DNA of 64,000 nt, from assembly GCF_057098645.1 (NCBI RefSeq), contig NZ_CM169472.1; one strand, given 5' to 3'. Numbering within the stretch: position 1 is the first letter of the stretch; each line of letters opens with the position of its first letter. A program made the position numbers and the translations under genes. Below, piece by piece: positions 33,203-46,367 of this stretch. The notes beneath the pieces were generated by a model that was not told the DNA's origin, made no database searches, and saw only the letters and a program-made list of their open reading frames with translations.

Positions 33203-34060
33203 ATGAAAGCACCAGGCTTGCCCGCCGATCAACAATTTTTCGCCGATCTGTTCAGCGGCCTGGTGCTTAACCCGCAACTACTGGGGCGGGTCTGGTTTGC
33301 CAGCCAGCCTGCCTCGTTGCCGGTGGGCAGTTTATGTATTGATTTTCCCCGTCTGGATATCGTGCTGCGCGGCGAATACGGCAATCTGCTGGAAGCAAAG
33401 CAGCAACGTTTGGTGGAAGGAGAAATGCTGTTTATTCCGGCGCGCGCGGCTAATTTACCGGTCAACAACAAACCGGTGATGCTGTTAAGCCTGGTGTTCG
33501 CTCCGACCTGGCTTGGGTTATCGTTTTACGATAGCCGCACCACGTCGTTGTTGCATCCTGCTCGCCAGATCCAGCTTCCCAGCCTGCAACGCGGTGAAGG
33601 TGAAGCGATGCTTACCGCCCTCACCCATCTTAGCCGTTCGCCGCTGGAGCAAAATATCATTCAGCCGCTGGTGTTAAGTTTGCTGCATCTTTGCCGTAAC
33701 GTGGTGAATATGCCGCCGGGCAATTCGCAGCCGCGCGGCAATTTTCTCTATCACAGCATTTGTAACTGGGTTCAGGATAATTATGCCCAGCCGCTCACCC
33801 GCGAGAGCGTGGCGCAGTTTTTTAATATCACGCCCAATCATCTGTCAAAACTGTTTGCTCAGCATGGAACGATGCGTTTTATCGAGTATGTGCGTTGGGT
33901 GCGAATGGCGAAGGCGAGGATGATTTTGCAGAAATATCATCTGTCGATTCATGAAGTGGCACAGCGTTGCGGTTTTCCGGATAGCGACTATTTTTGTCGC
34001 GTTTTCCGGCGTCAGTTTGGTCTGACGCCGGGAGAGTACAGCGCCCGCTTTCAGGGCTAA
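33203..34060 (+). CDS. ypdC: YpdC AraC-family transcriptional regulator, 285 aa
   Basis: C-terminal AraC HTH; synteny. Confidence 0.9.
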   Translation: MKAPGLPADQQFFADLFSGLVLNPQLLGRVWFASQPASLPVGSLCIDFPRLDIVLRGEYGNLLEAKQQRLVEGEMLFIPARAANLPVNNKPVMLLSLVFAPTWLGLSFYDSRTTSLLHPARQIQLPSLQRGEGEAMLTALTHLSRSPLEQNIIQPLVLSLLHLCRNVVNMPPGNSQPRGNFLYHSICNWVQDNYAQPLTRESVAQFFNITPNHLSKLFAQHGTMRFIEYVRWVRMAKARMILQKYHLSIHEVAQRCGFPDSDYFCRVFRRQFGLTPGEYSARFQG

Positions 34061-34062
34061 CG

Positions 34063-36558
34063 TCAGAAGGTTAATTCCGTTTCCAGCAGCGTCAGGATAC
34101 TTTGTGCATCTTGCGCGGCAAACAACGACTGGCGGAAGTTTTTATTCACCAGTTTACGCGCCAGCTGCGAGAAGACTTTCACATGATTCATCCCTTCGTT
34201 AGCACCCAGCGTCAGCATGATCACCAGTTCGACTTCGCCCATTTCTGACTGCCAGTCAACCGGTTTCGCCAGCCGGGCAATGCTGATACTGGAATGACGG
34301 ATCCACTGAGATTTGGTGTGCGGGATCGCCACGCCAAAACCAACGCCAGTGGTGACAATCTCTTCCCGCTGCCAGACATCCTCTTCCAGCTCGAACGGAT
34401 GTTCAGTGCGCCCGTTAACGCCGAGGTTACCGCACAGGAACTGGATCGCCTGCTCTTTATTGCTAAAGGCCTGATCAACGAAGATATTCTCCAGCGCCAG
34501 CAGCGGGCGAACGTCTTCTTCCGGCGTAAAGGCGGTGAGTAACGCTTCAATTTCCTGCGCGCTGCGACATTCACACGCCTGACGTGCCAGTTCCCGACAC
34601 GCCTCGCTATCCAGTTGACGAAGCTGGCTTTTCACCGCCGGAATGCGCGGGCTACTCATACTCAGCTCATCCAGGCCCAGCCCAAGCAGTAGCGGCAGAT
34701 AACGGCTTTCACCGCCCAGTTCACCGCAAATGCCTACCCATTTGCCCCGCTGATGCGCAGTGGTAACTATTTGCTGCAACATGCGCAGGAACGATGGCGT
34801 AATCGGGTTATACAGCGGCGATACGCGCGGGTTATTACGATCGACCGCATAAAGATACTGGGTCATATCGTTGGAGCCGATACTGAAGAAATCGACCTCA
34901 TCGCAGAAGTGATCGATGATGTAGCACACCGACGGCACTTCCACCATGATACCCAGCGTAATCGTCTCTGCATGACGCAGGCCATCGCGCTTAAGCTCAA
35001 CGATCGCTTTTTGGATCTCGCCCTTCACCCATAAGATCTGATCGAGGCTGTGGACCATCGGGATCATCAACTGGGCGTTGCCGAAACTGGCGGCGCGCAA
35101 AATGGCCCGCAGTTGAGTGCGGAACAGGTCAGCAAATTCCGGGTAAATACGTACCGCGCGATAGCCGAGGAACGGGTTCTCTTCCTGGGGAATATTCAGA
35201 TAAGGAATGCTTTTATCGCCTCCGATGTCCATTGTGCGGAAGATAATCGGCTTGTCGCCCGCTGCCAGTAGCACCTGCTGGTAGGCTTCAAATTGCTCCT
35301 GCTCGTCCGGCGCGCTGTCGCGATCCATATAGAGCATTTCGGTACGGAACAGCCCGACGCCTTCCGCGCCGTTGGCAAACGCGCCAGGCGCTTCCAGAGC
35401 GGTGCCAATATTCGCCGCGATATCAATACGCTTGTTATCACGGGAATAAGCCAGCTGCGCGGCAGCCTGCGCCTGTTGTTTTTGGCGTTTATCCGCCAGC
35501 GTCTGCGCGACCTGATAATAACCGCTCACCGCGTCATTCGGGTTAATCGCCAGCACGCCGCACTGGGCGTCAAGCACTGCAGGTTGCCCGGCATAACGGG
35601 CAATCGCATCCAGCGGCAGGCCGCTCAGTACCGGGATCGCCGAGGCGCGGGCCAGAATCAGGGTATGCGAGGTGCGCCCGGTTTTCTCCAGAATCATGCC
35701 CGCAAGATTTTTTAAATCCAGGCTTAAAAACTGGCTTGGGGTTAAATCCTCGGCCACCAGAATAGTCGGTTTTTCCAGCACCAGATTGTTGCGCGGCTTC
35801 AGTTCCGGCCAGGTGATATGCAGTAACTGTTCGCTGATATCGCGAATGTCGCTAACACGTTCGCGCAGATAATCACTGGCAGAAGCAGAAAGTTTGGCGC
35901 AAACCTGCTCCATATTGCTGATGATCGCCGCCCCCAGCCCCTGATGCTGTTCTGTCATCAGGCGACGGATATTGCCTGCAAATTCATCATCCTGAATCAG
36001 CGACAAATGGGCGCTGAGGATAGTTTTGCTTTCGCCGTCACGCTCACGCAATTGCTGGTTCAGTTGCTCGGCAAGCGTTGCCAGGCTGTGCTCCAGCCGG
36101 GTGGAATCTTGCGCACTGGCGGGGATTGCCCGATAACTGTCGAGGCTGTCGCTTTGTAACAGGGTCAGCGTACCCACGCCGACGCCGCTTGCCAGCACAT
36201 TGCCGTACAGTAAATCCGGGTTAAGGCGGCTTAATGAACGCGGCAGCGGATGCGCCGTCAGTTCTGCCTGCGTAGGCTGAACGCTGTCGCTGTCGATAAA
36301 GCGCACCTGGATGTACTCTTCCAGCACGCGCCGCGCCTGCTCTTCATCGCTGCCGCTAATGTTCAGGCTGCAACTGTCATTAAATAGGGTGCCGGTGCCA
36401 ATCAGCGCCAGCGAGCTTTTGGCATCGGCCTTTGCGTTCTGGCGATGGTTAATAAAAGTGATTTCGCTTTGCCACTGGCTGGACTGTTCTTTAAGTTCCC
36501 ACGCCGGACGAGCATGTAGACCGTTAGGCAAAGGACAGAGAAATTGAATCGTTAACAT
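34063..36558 (-). CDS. fryA: FryA PTS multiphosphoryl transfer protein (HPr-EI-IIA fusion), 831 aa
   Basis: EI-like PEP-utilising domain and IIA(Fru) domain; synteny. Confidence 0.92.
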   Translation of the reverse strand: MLTIQFLCPLPNGLHARPAWELKEQSSQWQSEITFINHRQNAKADAKSSLALIGTGTLFNDSCSLNISGSDEEQARRVLEEYIQVRFIDSDSVQPTQAELTAHPLPRSLSRLNPDLLYGNVLASGVGVGTLTLLQSDSLDSYRAIPASAQDSTRLEHSLATLAEQLNQQLRERDGESKTILSAHLSLIQDDEFAGNIRRLMTEQHQGLGAAIISNMEQVCAKLSASASDYLRERVSDIRDISEQLLHITWPELKPRNNLVLEKPTILVAEDLTPSQFLSLDLKNLAGMILEKTGRTSHTLILARASAIPVLSGLPLDAIARYAGQPAVLDAQCGVLAINPNDAVSGYYQVAQTLADKRQKQQAQAAAQLAYSRDNKRIDIAANIGTALEAPGAFANGAEGVGLFRTEMLYMDRDSAPDEQEQFEAYQQVLLAAGDKPIIFRTMDIGGDKSIPYLNIPQEENPFLGYRAVRIYPEFADLFRTQLRAILRAASFGNAQLMIPMVHSLDQILWVKGEIQKAIVELKRDGLRHAETITLGIMVEVPSVCYIIDHFCDEVDFFSIGSNDMTQYLYAVDRNNPRVSPLYNPITPSFLRMLQQIVTTAHQRGKWVGICGELGGESRYLPLLLGLGLDELSMSSPRIPAVKSQLRQLDSEACRELARQACECRSAQEIEALLTAFTPEEDVRPLLALENIFVDQAFSNKEQAIQFLCGNLGVNGRTEHPFELEEDVWQREEIVTTGVGFGVAIPHTKSQWIRHSSISIARLAKPVDWQSEMGEVELVIMLTLGANEGMNHVKVFSQLARKLVNKNFRQSLFAAQDAQSILTLLETELTF

Positions 36559-36582
36559 AACCGCTCCGGGTTAATCAGGAGA

Positions 36583-37620
36583 TCATCTGAAATCCGTCAG
36601 TTGAACAACCGTCTCACGCGTAAGACGTTGAATAAGGGCAGATAAAAGTTGCTCCATCTGCAAAATGTCGCGGCAATCGGCAATCGACGCGGCGCAATGT
36701 CCGTGGCGGGTGGCAGACCCCATCACCACTGTGGGTACGCCAGTACCGGTTAAGTGCACCGCTCCACCGTCCGTGCCGCCGTTACTGAACATATCTGCCT
36801 GCAACGGCACGCCAATTTCTGCCGCCACGGTTTCGACCCAGGCGGTAAGTTTTGGCGGCGCAATCAGCGACTTGTCGCTTAACACCAGCATCGGCCCGTT
36901 ACCAATCTGGCGATGGTTAGCCGCGCCATAATCAAAGTTTTTCGCCCAGCAGGCGGTATCAAGCACAATGGCGACGTCCGGCGACACCGCGCGGGTGGCA
37001 GTTTGCCCGCCGCGTAATCCCACCTCTTCGCTGGAACTTGCCACCAGCCACACTTCCGCAGGCAGTTCGGCGTCGTGCAGCTCACGTAGTAACGTCACCA
37101 GCAGATAGCAACCGAGGCGGTCATCAAAGGCTTTCCCCATCACTCGCTGGTGGGGGAGAACCTGAAAAGTGGTATCGAACGTGACGCGATCGCCTGGACG
37201 AATTCCCGCCTGCATCACTTCGTCATACGAGCGCGCGCCAATATCCACGCGCATGGTGCTGACGTCATTCCCCTGCCGGTCGCCGTCAAGCAGGCCTGGA
37301 ATTTTGCACTCTTCACGGGTGGTGATGCGCACCGGCTGCAGCTGGCGGGCAGCCATGCGCACGTTGCCAACCGGCAGCACATCAATTGCGCCTTCGCGGG
37401 AGATACTGCGCACCATAAATCCAACTTCGTCCATATGCGCACAGATCATCACTTTCGGACCTGTCGATTCATTGAGGCGGATCAGCACCGATCCCAGCCC
37501 ATCAAATCGCACTTCTTTTTGCAGGCGATCCGCTTCTTCCAGCAGGATCTGCCGCACTTCCTGTTCCGAGGAGGCGATCGCATCTGCCTCGCTCAACGCT
37601 TTCAATAGCGATAAATCCAT
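36583..37620 (-). CDS. ypdE: YpdE aminopeptidase (M42 family), 345 aa
   Basis: Synteny and size. Confidence 0.9.
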   Translation of the reverse strand: MDLSLLKALSEADAIASSEQEVRQILLEEADRLQKEVRFDGLGSVLIRLNESTGPKVMICAHMDEVGFMVRSISREGAIDVLPVGNVRMAARQLQPVRITTREECKIPGLLDGDRQGNDVSTMRVDIGARSYDEVMQAGIRPGDRVTFDTTFQVLPHQRVMGKAFDDRLGCYLLVTLLRELHDAELPAEVWLVASSSEEVGLRGGQTATRAVSPDVAIVLDTACWAKNFDYGAANHRQIGNGPMLVLSDKSLIAPPKLTAWVETVAAEIGVPLQADMFSNGGTDGGAVHLTGTGVPTVVMGSATRHGHCAASIADCRDILQMEQLLSALIQRLTRETVVQLTDFR

Positions 37621-38705
37621 TATGCCTCTCCCGTGAGCAACACTGTTTTCGGCATGGCGTAGAGCACTTCTGCGCCTTGCGGGGTGACCAGCACAACATC
37701 CTCGATGCGCACACCCCCTTGCCCTGGAAAATAAATCCCCGGCTCCACGGTCAGTAACATGCCTGGCTGTAGCGTCGTGGTATCCCGCGGTGAAAAGCGC
37801 GGATCTTCGTGTACTTCAATGCCAATAGCATGACCGGTGTTGTGACCAAAATAGTCGCCAAATCCTGCCTCGGTAATCACCCGACGCGCGGCGTCGTCAA
37901 CCTGCTGGCAGCGCACGCCGGGGCGAATTGCAGAGATTGCTGCGAGCTGTGCCTGCAAAACAATCTGATAGACGTTAAACAGCGGATGAGATTCGGCGCT
38001 CACCCCTTCGCCATTCACCAGCAAGGTGCGCGTCATATCAGAGCAGTAGCCCTGATACAGCGCACCGAAATCGAGAGTGACAAACTCGCCCGCTGCAACA
38101 ATCTTGTCGCTGGCTTTGCCGTGCGGCAGCGCCCCACGCCAGCCACTGGCGACAATGGTGTCAAAAGCGGCTTTTTCTGCGCCCTGCTGGCGCATAAACC
38201 ACTCCAGTTCAGCGGCTATCTCGCGCTCGCTCATCCCCGCCTGAATAAAGCGGCGAATATGCTCTGCACCGCGATCGGCAATCCCACAGGCAAGGCGGAT
38301 TTTCTCCACCTCCTCTGGCGTTTTGATTTGCCGCAGCACATCCGGCGTGGCGCTAACCAGTTTCGCATTGAGTTCAGACTGCCAGCGGTGCGCGGTTTCC
38401 CAACTCACCTGCTGGCCTTCAAAACCGAGCGTTTGCAACTGCTCATCGGCAATGATTTGCCTGGCGATGGTTGTAAGCGTGTGCGTCGCGTCAAGCAAAT
38501 GCAGCTGGTAACCTTGCGTGCGGGCTTCTACATCCGCGTAATAGCGCGAGTCCACCAGAATGTGCGCACTTTCACGGCTAATCAGCACATAGCCTGATCC
38601 GGTGGAGATCCCCAGATGCGGCTGTTTGTTCTGCCGTGAGGAGAGAAGCACCGCATCCAGTTGTTGCGCCTTAAGCCAGTCGCGCAGCGAAGCGAGTAAT
38701 GTCAT
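37620..38705 (-). CDS. ypdF: YpdF Xaa-Pro aminopeptidase (M24 family), 361 aa
   Basis: M24 peptidase signature [13 protein letters not shown]. Confidence 0.9.
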   Translation of the reverse strand: MTLLASLRDWLKAQQLDAVLLSSRQNKQPHLGISTGSGYVLISRESAHILVDSRYYADVEARTQGYQLHLLDATHTLTTIARQIIADEQLQTLGFEGQQVSWETAHRWQSELNAKLVSATPDVLRQIKTPEEVEKIRLACGIADRGAEHIRRFIQAGMSEREIAAELEWFMRQQGAEKAAFDTIVASGWRGALPHGKASDKIVAAGEFVTLDFGALYQGYCSDMTRTLLVNGEGVSAESHPLFNVYQIVLQAQLAAISAIRPGVRCQQVDDAARRVITEAGFGDYFGHNTGHAIGIEVHEDPRFSPRDTTTLQPGMLLTVEPGIYFPGQGGVRIEDVVLVTPQGAEVLYAMPKTVLLTGEA

Positions 38706-38719
38706 CTGGATTTTCCTTC

Positions 38720-39967
38720 TTACAGGCTATCGATTAACAATTTGCCTTTACGGAACATCATCAGACGCAGGAACACCACCATCAGCGCAGTTATGACTGC
38801 CCCCAGCGCGATCCCCGCCATATAGACGCCCAGGTTAGTGACCAGCGGCCATGCCCAGATAGCGGATTCCGGGAACCATTGCACTGCGCCCAGCCAGACA
38901 GCGGCGGTTGAGCCGACAATCGCGCCGACCATATACGACGGAATGGCGGTGATGGGGCTTTCCAGCGCAAACGGAATCGCACCCTCACTGATCCCCATAA
39001 AGGCAAGGAACATCGCGGTCTTACCCTGCGGATAAAGTTGTGCGCTGAACAGGCGTTTGCCGGTTAAACGACGGTCGATAATGGTCGCCAGACCCAGACC
39101 AATCGGCGGAATAACGATAGCGATAGAACGTGCGGTGACCGGTAATACGTGGTCAGTGGTAAAGCTGAAGGCAACAAAACCTGCGGCTTTGTTGATCGGG
39201 CCACCAAGGTCGATTGCTGTCGCCGCGGCGATCCCCATTGCGTACATCAGCGCGCCCTTCTCACCTGCGGCAGTCAGCACGGTACGGATACCGCCGTTGA
39301 TCCAGCCACCAAAGGGGGTGATGACGTAGTACATCGCCAGCATGACAAAAATAGCGGAAAGAATCGGTAGCAAAAATGTGGTTTTGAACGCTAACAGGAA
39401 ATCCGGTAACTGGATTTTCTGGTTCATCCATTTCACAAGGTAACCGGCAACGATAGAAATAATCAGCGCACCAATGAAGGTGGACGGCACCGGCGAAGAG
39501 GTCGCCCATTGCATAGTGCTGGGATCGAAGTTCAGCAGTTGCGTCGGCTGGGTAGACATCAAGCCGCCGATAAAACCAGCCGGGAACGCCAGTTTGCCAC
39601 CGATAGAGTTCGCCACAAATGCAGCAAACATCGGAATGGCAAAACCAAACAACACGCCGCCGAAGGACTGCGACAACCAGGCAAATTTAAGTAAGGAGAG
39701 GTCGAAACCGGAGAATTTCCCGCTATTAAGAGCATCCATGATGCCGATCTCAGCAGGAATTTTAAGCCAGCTATAAGCAATCAACTGGCTGAAAGCGAGG
39801 ATCACACCGCCCATAATTAAGGTCGGCACCATGCGTGAAATCCCTGACATCACATGCTGCGGGAGTTCACCCCAGAAGCTGGTTTTAGAGGCCTGCGGAT
39901 TCTTAACTGCCGCTGCCGCACCGGATGCGCCAGGCACAACGGTTGCACTGCGTTTTTTAATGGCCAT
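38720..39967 (-). CDS. fryC: FryC PTS fructose-like IIC component, 415 aa
   Basis: Polytopic IIC ORF; synteny. Confidence 0.9.
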   Translation of the reverse strand: MAIKKRSATVVPGASGAAAAVKNPQASKTSFWGELPQHVMSGISRMVPTLIMGGVILAFSQLIAYSWLKIPAEIGIMDALNSGKFSGFDLSLLKFAWLSQSFGGVLFGFAIPMFAAFVANSIGGKLAFPAGFIGGLMSTQPTQLLNFDPSTMQWATSSPVPSTFIGALIISIVAGYLVKWMNQKIQLPDFLLAFKTTFLLPILSAIFVMLAMYYVITPFGGWINGGIRTVLTAAGEKGALMYAMGIAAATAIDLGGPINKAAGFVAFSFTTDHVLPVTARSIAIVIPPIGLGLATIIDRRLTGKRLFSAQLYPQGKTAMFLAFMGISEGAIPFALESPITAIPSYMVGAIVGSTAAVWLGAVQWFPESAIWAWPLVTNLGVYMAGIALGAVITALMVVFLRLMMFRKGKLLIDSL

Positions 39968-39988
39968 AACAATTATCCCTGTCGAATA

Positions 39989-40315
39989 TTACTGTTGTTC
40001 AGAGGCAATCATCTCTTCGATTTCTTTGATGATGCCCGCAGCGTTTTTAATTGCGTCCTGCAAAGTGATTTCATAAACGTCGTGTGATTCGAAACGTTCG
40101 TTATCTTCCGGGGTAACTGCCACGGAGTGGATGATGATGGTCGCTTCGGCGATATCCTGCGCCGTCAGGCGATTCTGGATACCGTCCGCGCCCTGGGTTT
40201 CAATTTTCACTTCATAACCGGCTTCTACCGCCGCTTCTTCCAGCGCCTGAGCGGCCATAAAAGTGTGAGCCAGGCCCATTGGGCAGGCACATAAGGCAAT
40301 CAGTTTCTTACTCAT
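39989..40315 (-). CDS. fryB: FryB PTS fructose-like IIB component, 108 aa
   Basis: MSKKLIALCACPMGLAHTF... with active-site Cys; listed ORF has 17-aa upstream extension. Confidence 0.88.
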   Translation of the reverse strand: MSKKLIALCACPMGLAHTFMAAQALEEAAVEAGYEVKIETQGADGIQNRLTAQDIAEATIIIHSVAVTPEDNERFESHDVYEITLQDAIKNAAGIIKEIEEMIASEQQ

Positions 40316-40534
40316 CGTTAATTCCTCGTTCAGTGATAGTTGACGAGTGAAATTATGAACGTGCAAAACAAATCGCCGTTACCAGACAAATAATGCATTT
40401 ACTGGAGAATTAATCCCGCTGTACGGAAGTGTGACGCAGGTCGGCCTGGTGAGGAGGACACAAAGAAAAGTTGAATTAACTGTATGATTTAAAAGATTAT
40501 CGGGAGAGTTACCTCCCGATATAACAGGAAGGAT

Positions 40535-41500
40535 TTACAGAATGTGACCTAAGGTCTGGCGTAAATGTGCACCGGAACCGAGAAGACCCGGATTGTCATG
40601 GACGATGAGATACACCGGAATATCATGGACATATTCTTTAAAGCGCCCTTTATCTTCAAATGCGGCACGGAAACCAGAGGCTTTGAAGAACTCAAGGAAG
40701 CGCGGCACGATACCGCCCGCAATAAACACGCCGCCAAATGTCCCGAGATTGAGCGCCAGATTGCCGCCAAAACGGCCCATAATGACGCAAAACAGCGACA
40801 ACGCACGGCGGCAATCGGTGCAGCTGTCAGCCAGCGCGCGTTCGGTAATATCTTTTGGCTTGAGATTTTCTGGCAGGCGGTTGTCGGCTTTAACAATTGC
40901 GCGATACAAATTCACAAGTCCTGGGCCAGAAAGCACACGTTCCGCCGAAACATGACCAATTTCCGCACGCAATATTTCGAGGATAATGGCCTCTTCTTCA
41001 CTATTCGGCGCAAAATCAACGTGACCGCCTTCGCCTGGCAAGCTTACCCAACGCTTATCGACATGGACCAGATGCGCAACCCCAAGCCCCGTTCCGGCAC
41101 CGTAAACCGCAATAGGCTTACCTTCTATCGGCTCTGCGCCACCAAACTGAATCAGATGCTCTTTTTTCAGCATCGGAATCGCCATCGATACAGCGGTAAA
41201 ATCGTTAATAATTTCCAGATGGCTAAAACCGAGATTCTTTTTCATTTCGGCAATTGAGAACGCCCAGGTATGGTTGGTCATTGCCACCCAGTCACCGGTA
41301 ATTGGGCAAGCGATGGCAATACAGCCGTCTTTCACCTCGACCTTATGTTCTTCAAGATAAACGCGAATGACCGCTTCGAGGCTTGGGTAATCAAGCCCTG
41401 AATAGGTCTTAGCCTGCGAGATTTCACCACTGGCAATATCACACAGAGCAAGACGTGCGTTGGTGCCGCCCACATCACCGACTAATGCATACTTTGTCAT
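40535..41500 (-). CDS. glk: glucokinase, 321 aa
   Basis: [21 protein letters not shown]... ROK/glucokinase N-terminus. Confidence 0.93.
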   Translation of the reverse strand: MTKYALVGDVGGTNARLALCDIASGEISQAKTYSGLDYPSLEAVIRVYLEEHKVEVKDGCIAIACPITGDWVAMTNHTWAFSIAEMKKNLGFSHLEIINDFTAVSMAIPMLKKEHLIQFGGAEPIEGKPIAVYGAGTGLGVAHLVHVDKRWVSLPGEGGHVDFAPNSEEEAIILEILRAEIGHVSAERVLSGPGLVNLYRAIVKADNRLPENLKPKDITERALADSCTDCRRALSLFCVIMGRFGGNLALNLGTFGGVFIAGGIVPRFLEFFKASGFRAAFEDKGRFKEYVHDIPVYLIVHDNPGLLGSGAHLRQTLGHIL

Positions 41501-41703
41501 TCTTCAACTGCTCCGCTAAAGTCAAAATAATTCTTTCTCACACTGTAAATACCTGGGGGCATAACAACAACGCCGGAAAGGCAGGCTCCCTGTAAATATC
41601 GATCTGGGTCACACAATTACTTTATCGTTTCAGCACCAATTGCAGCGATGCCTTTTTGCAAGCTGGGCAAACTAAGTATCTGACCCCGCATAAGGAATAG
41701 AAC

Positions 41704-42960
41704 ATGCTCCATCCGCGAGCCAGAACCATGTTGTTATTATCGCTCCCCGCTGTGGCAATTGGGATTGCGTCCAGTCTTATTCTGATTGTGGTGATGAAAA
41801 TCGCCTCGGTATTACAGAATTTGCTCTGGCAACGACTGCCGGGAACTCTGGGGATAGCCCAGGATTCACCTTTCTGGATCATCGGTGTATTAACGCTAAC
41901 GGGTATTGCGGTGGGGTTGGTTATCCGTTTCAGCCAGGGTCATGCCGGACCAGACCCCGCCAGTGAACCGCTGATCGGCGCACCGGTTCCGCCCTCTGCG
42001 CTACCAGGACTTATCGTAGCATTAATTCTCGGTCTTGCTGGCGGCGTCAGCCTGGGGCCGGAACATCCGATCATGACCGTCAATATCGCCCTTGCCGTCG
42101 CCATTGGCGCTCGTCTGTTACCGCGCGTCAACCGAATGGAGTGGACTATTTTAGCCTCTGCCGGAACCATCGGCGCACTGTTTGGCACACCTGTTGCGGC
42201 GGCGTTGATATTTTCGCAAACCTTAAATGGCAGTAGTGAAGTTCCGCTATGGGATCGTCTCTTTGCGCCGTTAATGGCGGCAGCAGCTGGTGCACTTACT
42301 ACCGGATTATTTTTCCATCCTCATTTTTCACTGCCCATTGCGCATTACGGACAGATGGAAATGACCGATATTCTCAGCGGTGCAATTGTCGCGGCGATTG
42401 CCATCGCAGCAGGGATGGTCGCCGTATGGTGCTTACCACGATTGCACGCGATGATGCATCAAATGAAAAATCCGGTGCTCGTGCTGGGTATTGGCGGATT
42501 TATTCTCGGTATTCTGGGGGTTATTGGTGGGCCGGTTTCGCTGTTTAAAGGGCTGGATGAGATGCAGCAGATGGTGGCAAATCAGGCTTTCAGCACCAGC
42601 GATTACTTTTTGCTGGCGGTGATTAAACTTACCGCCCTGGTCGTTGCTGCCGCCAGTGGCTTTCGCGGTGGACGAATTTTCCCGGCAGTGTTCGTCGGCG
42701 TGGCATTAGGGTTGATGCTGCATGAGCACGTCCCCGCCGTTCCAGCGGCAATAACCGTTTCCTGCGCTATTCTCGGCATCGTGCTGGTGGTAACACGCGA
42801 TGGCTGGTTAAGCCTTTTTATGGCGGCAGTCGTTGTACCCAATACCACATTGCTACCGCTGCTCTGTATCGTCATGCTTCCGGCATGGCTGTTATTAGCA
42901 GGTAAGCCGATGATGATGGTCAATCGTCCGAAGCAACAGCCACCCAACGATAACGTTTAG
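41704..42960 (+). CDS. yfeO: YfeO ClC-family ion channel/transporter-like protein, 418 aa
   Basis: Polytopic membrane ORF; synteny. Confidence 0.9.
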   Translation: MLHPRARTMLLLSLPAVAIGIASSLILIVVMKIASVLQNLLWQRLPGTLGIAQDSPFWIIGVLTLTGIAVGLVIRFSQGHAGPDPASEPLIGAPVPPSALPGLIVALILGLAGGVSLGPEHPIMTVNIALAVAIGARLLPRVNRMEWTILASAGTIGALFGTPVAAALIFSQTLNGSSEVPLWDRLFAPLMAAAAGALTTGLFFHPHFSLPIAHYGQMEMTDILSGAIVAAIAIAAGMVAVWCLPRLHAMMHQMKNPVLVLGIGGFILGILGVIGGPVSLFKGLDEMQQMVANQAFSTSDYFLLAVIKLTALVVAAASGFRGGRIFPAVFVGVALGLMLHEHVPAVPAAITVSCAILGIVLVVTRDGWLSLFMAAVVVPNTTLLPLLCIVMLPAWLLLAGKPMMMVNRPKQQPPNDNV

Positions 42961-43074
42961 CAAAAAATGCTCTCCTTTATGATTTAAGAGTTATGGCGAT
43001 GATACGGGGCTTTACCTCCCCGTAATATTGCGTTAACAGGCCGCTGACGGCTTCGATCGTGAAGGAGAATAACA

Positions 43075-43401
43075 ATGTTCAGGTCACTGTTTCTGGCGGC
43101 CGCCCTGATGGCATTTACCCCGCTTGCGGCAAACGCAGGCGAAATCACCCTACTGCCATCAATCAAATTACAAATTGGCGATCGCGATCATTACGGTAAT
43201 TACTGGGACGGTGGTCACTGGCGAGATCGTGATTACTGGCATCGCAATTATGAGTGGCGCAAAAACCGCTGGTGGCGTCATGATAATGGCTACCACCGTG
43301 GCTGGGATAAGCGTAAAGCGTATGAGCGTGGCTATCGTGAAGGCTGGCGCGATCGTGACGATCATCGCGGAAAAGGCCGCGGACATGGGCACCGCCATTA
43401 A
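43075..43401 (+). CDS. ypeC: YpeC periplasmic protein (DUF2502), 108 aa
   Basis: Signal peptide, W/R/H/D-rich repeats; synteny. Confidence 0.85.
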
Positions 43402-43423
43402 ACACATTTGCCAATGGAGCACA

Positions 43424-43536
<113 letters not shown>

Positions 43537-43541
43537 TTCAA

Positions 43542-44789
<1,248 letters not shown>

Positions 44790-44792
44790 CTA

Positions 44793-44814
44793 AAACATAG
44801 CCTTTGCTATGTTT
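44793..44814. promoter_or_regulatory. MntR operator palindrome (AAACATAGCCTTTGCTATGTTT) in mntH promoter
   Basis: Perfect inverted repeat 13 bp upstream of mntH start codon; matches known MntR box. Confidence 0.75.
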
Positions 44815-45115
44815 CATGCTATGCCAAACGAGAATGATTATCAAATTCATTTAAATGGGTTGTGGTGATTTCTCTGATAGACCAGGATGATGACTACGAA
44901 AAGATTGATGACTTGAATGTTATGGTTATGTTTAATGTTAGCACATTTACATAACTTTCAGCTTCCATACACAACATAGCAGAAATGTATGACAGCTCAC
45001 TATTTTTGAAGCTTGTCACAGGACGTCATTATAGTGTGTGTCAGATCTCGTTTTCCTTAACCATGTTACATAGAATGTGCACGGAAATTTAACCTGCCTC
45101 ATATTTGGAGCAAAT

Positions 45116-46318
45116 ATGGACCGCGTCCTTCATTTTGTACTGGCACTTGCCGTTGTTGCGATTCTCGCACTGCTGGTAAGCAGCGACCGCAAAAAAATTC
45201 GTATCCGTTATGTTATTCAACTGCTTGTTATCGAAGTGTTACTGGCGTGGTTCTTCCTGAACTCCGACGTTGGTTTAGGCTTCGTGAAAGGCTTCTCCGA
45301 AATGTTCGAAAAACTGCTCGGATTTGCCAACGAAGGGACTAACTTCGTCTTTGGTAGCATGAATGATCAAGGCCTGGCATTCTTCTTCCTGAAAGTGCTG
45401 TGCCCAATCGTCTTTATCTCTGCACTGATCGGTATTCTCCAGCACATTCGCGTGTTGCCGGTAATTATCCGCGCAATTGGTTTCCTGCTCTCCAAAGTCA
45501 ACGGTATGGGCAAACTGGAATCCTTTAACGCCGTCAGCTCCCTGATTCTGGGTCAGTCTGAAAACTTTATTGCCTATAAAGACATCCTCGGCAAAATCTC
45601 CCGTAATCGTATGTACACCATGGCAGCAACGGCGATGTCCACCGTGTCGATGTCCATCGTTGGTGCATACATGACCATGCTGGAGCCGAAATATGTCGTT
45701 GCGGCGCTGGTACTGAACATGTTCAGCACCTTTATCGTGCTGTCGCTGATCAACCCTTACCGTGTTGATGCCAGTGAAGAAAACATTCAGATGTCCAACC
45801 TGCACGAAGGTCAGAGCTTCTTCGAAATGCTGGGTGAATACATTCTGGCAGGTTTCAAAGTTGCCATTATCGTTGCCGCAATGCTGATCGGCTTTATCGC
45901 CCTGATCGCCGCGCTGAACGCACTGTTTGCCACCGTGACTGGCTGGTTTGGCTACAGCATCTCCTTCCAGGGCATCCTGGGCTACATCTTCTATCCGATT
46001 GCATGGGTGATGGGTGTTCCTTCCAGTGAAGCACTGCAAGTGGGCAGTATCATGGCGACCAAACTGGTTTCCAACGAGTTCGTTGCGATGATGGATCTGC
46101 AGAAAATTGCTTCCACGCTCTCTCCGCGTGCTGAAGGCATCATCTCTGTGTTCCTGGTTTCCTTCGCTAACTTCTCTTCAATCGGGATTATCGCAGGTGC
46201 AGTTAAGGGCCTGAATGAAGAGCAAGGTAACGTGGTTTCTCGCTTCGGTCTGAAACTGGTTTACGGCTCTACCCTGGTGAGTGTGCTGTCTGCGTCAATC
46301 GCAGCACTGGTGCTGTAA
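45116..46318 (+). CDS. nupC: NupC nucleoside:H+ symporter, 400 aa
   Basis: CNT-family ORF starting [14 protein letters not shown]. Confidence 0.92.
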
Positions 46319-46329
46319 GACCATACATA

Positions 46330-46360
46330 AAAAAGCCGGGGATAATTCCCCGGCTTTTTT
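46330..46360. terminator. bidirectional rho-independent terminator between nupC and pdeA
   Basis: AAAAA-GCCGGGGA-taat-TCCCCGGC-TTTTTT. Confidence 0.75.
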
Positions 46361-46367
46361 ACGCCTG

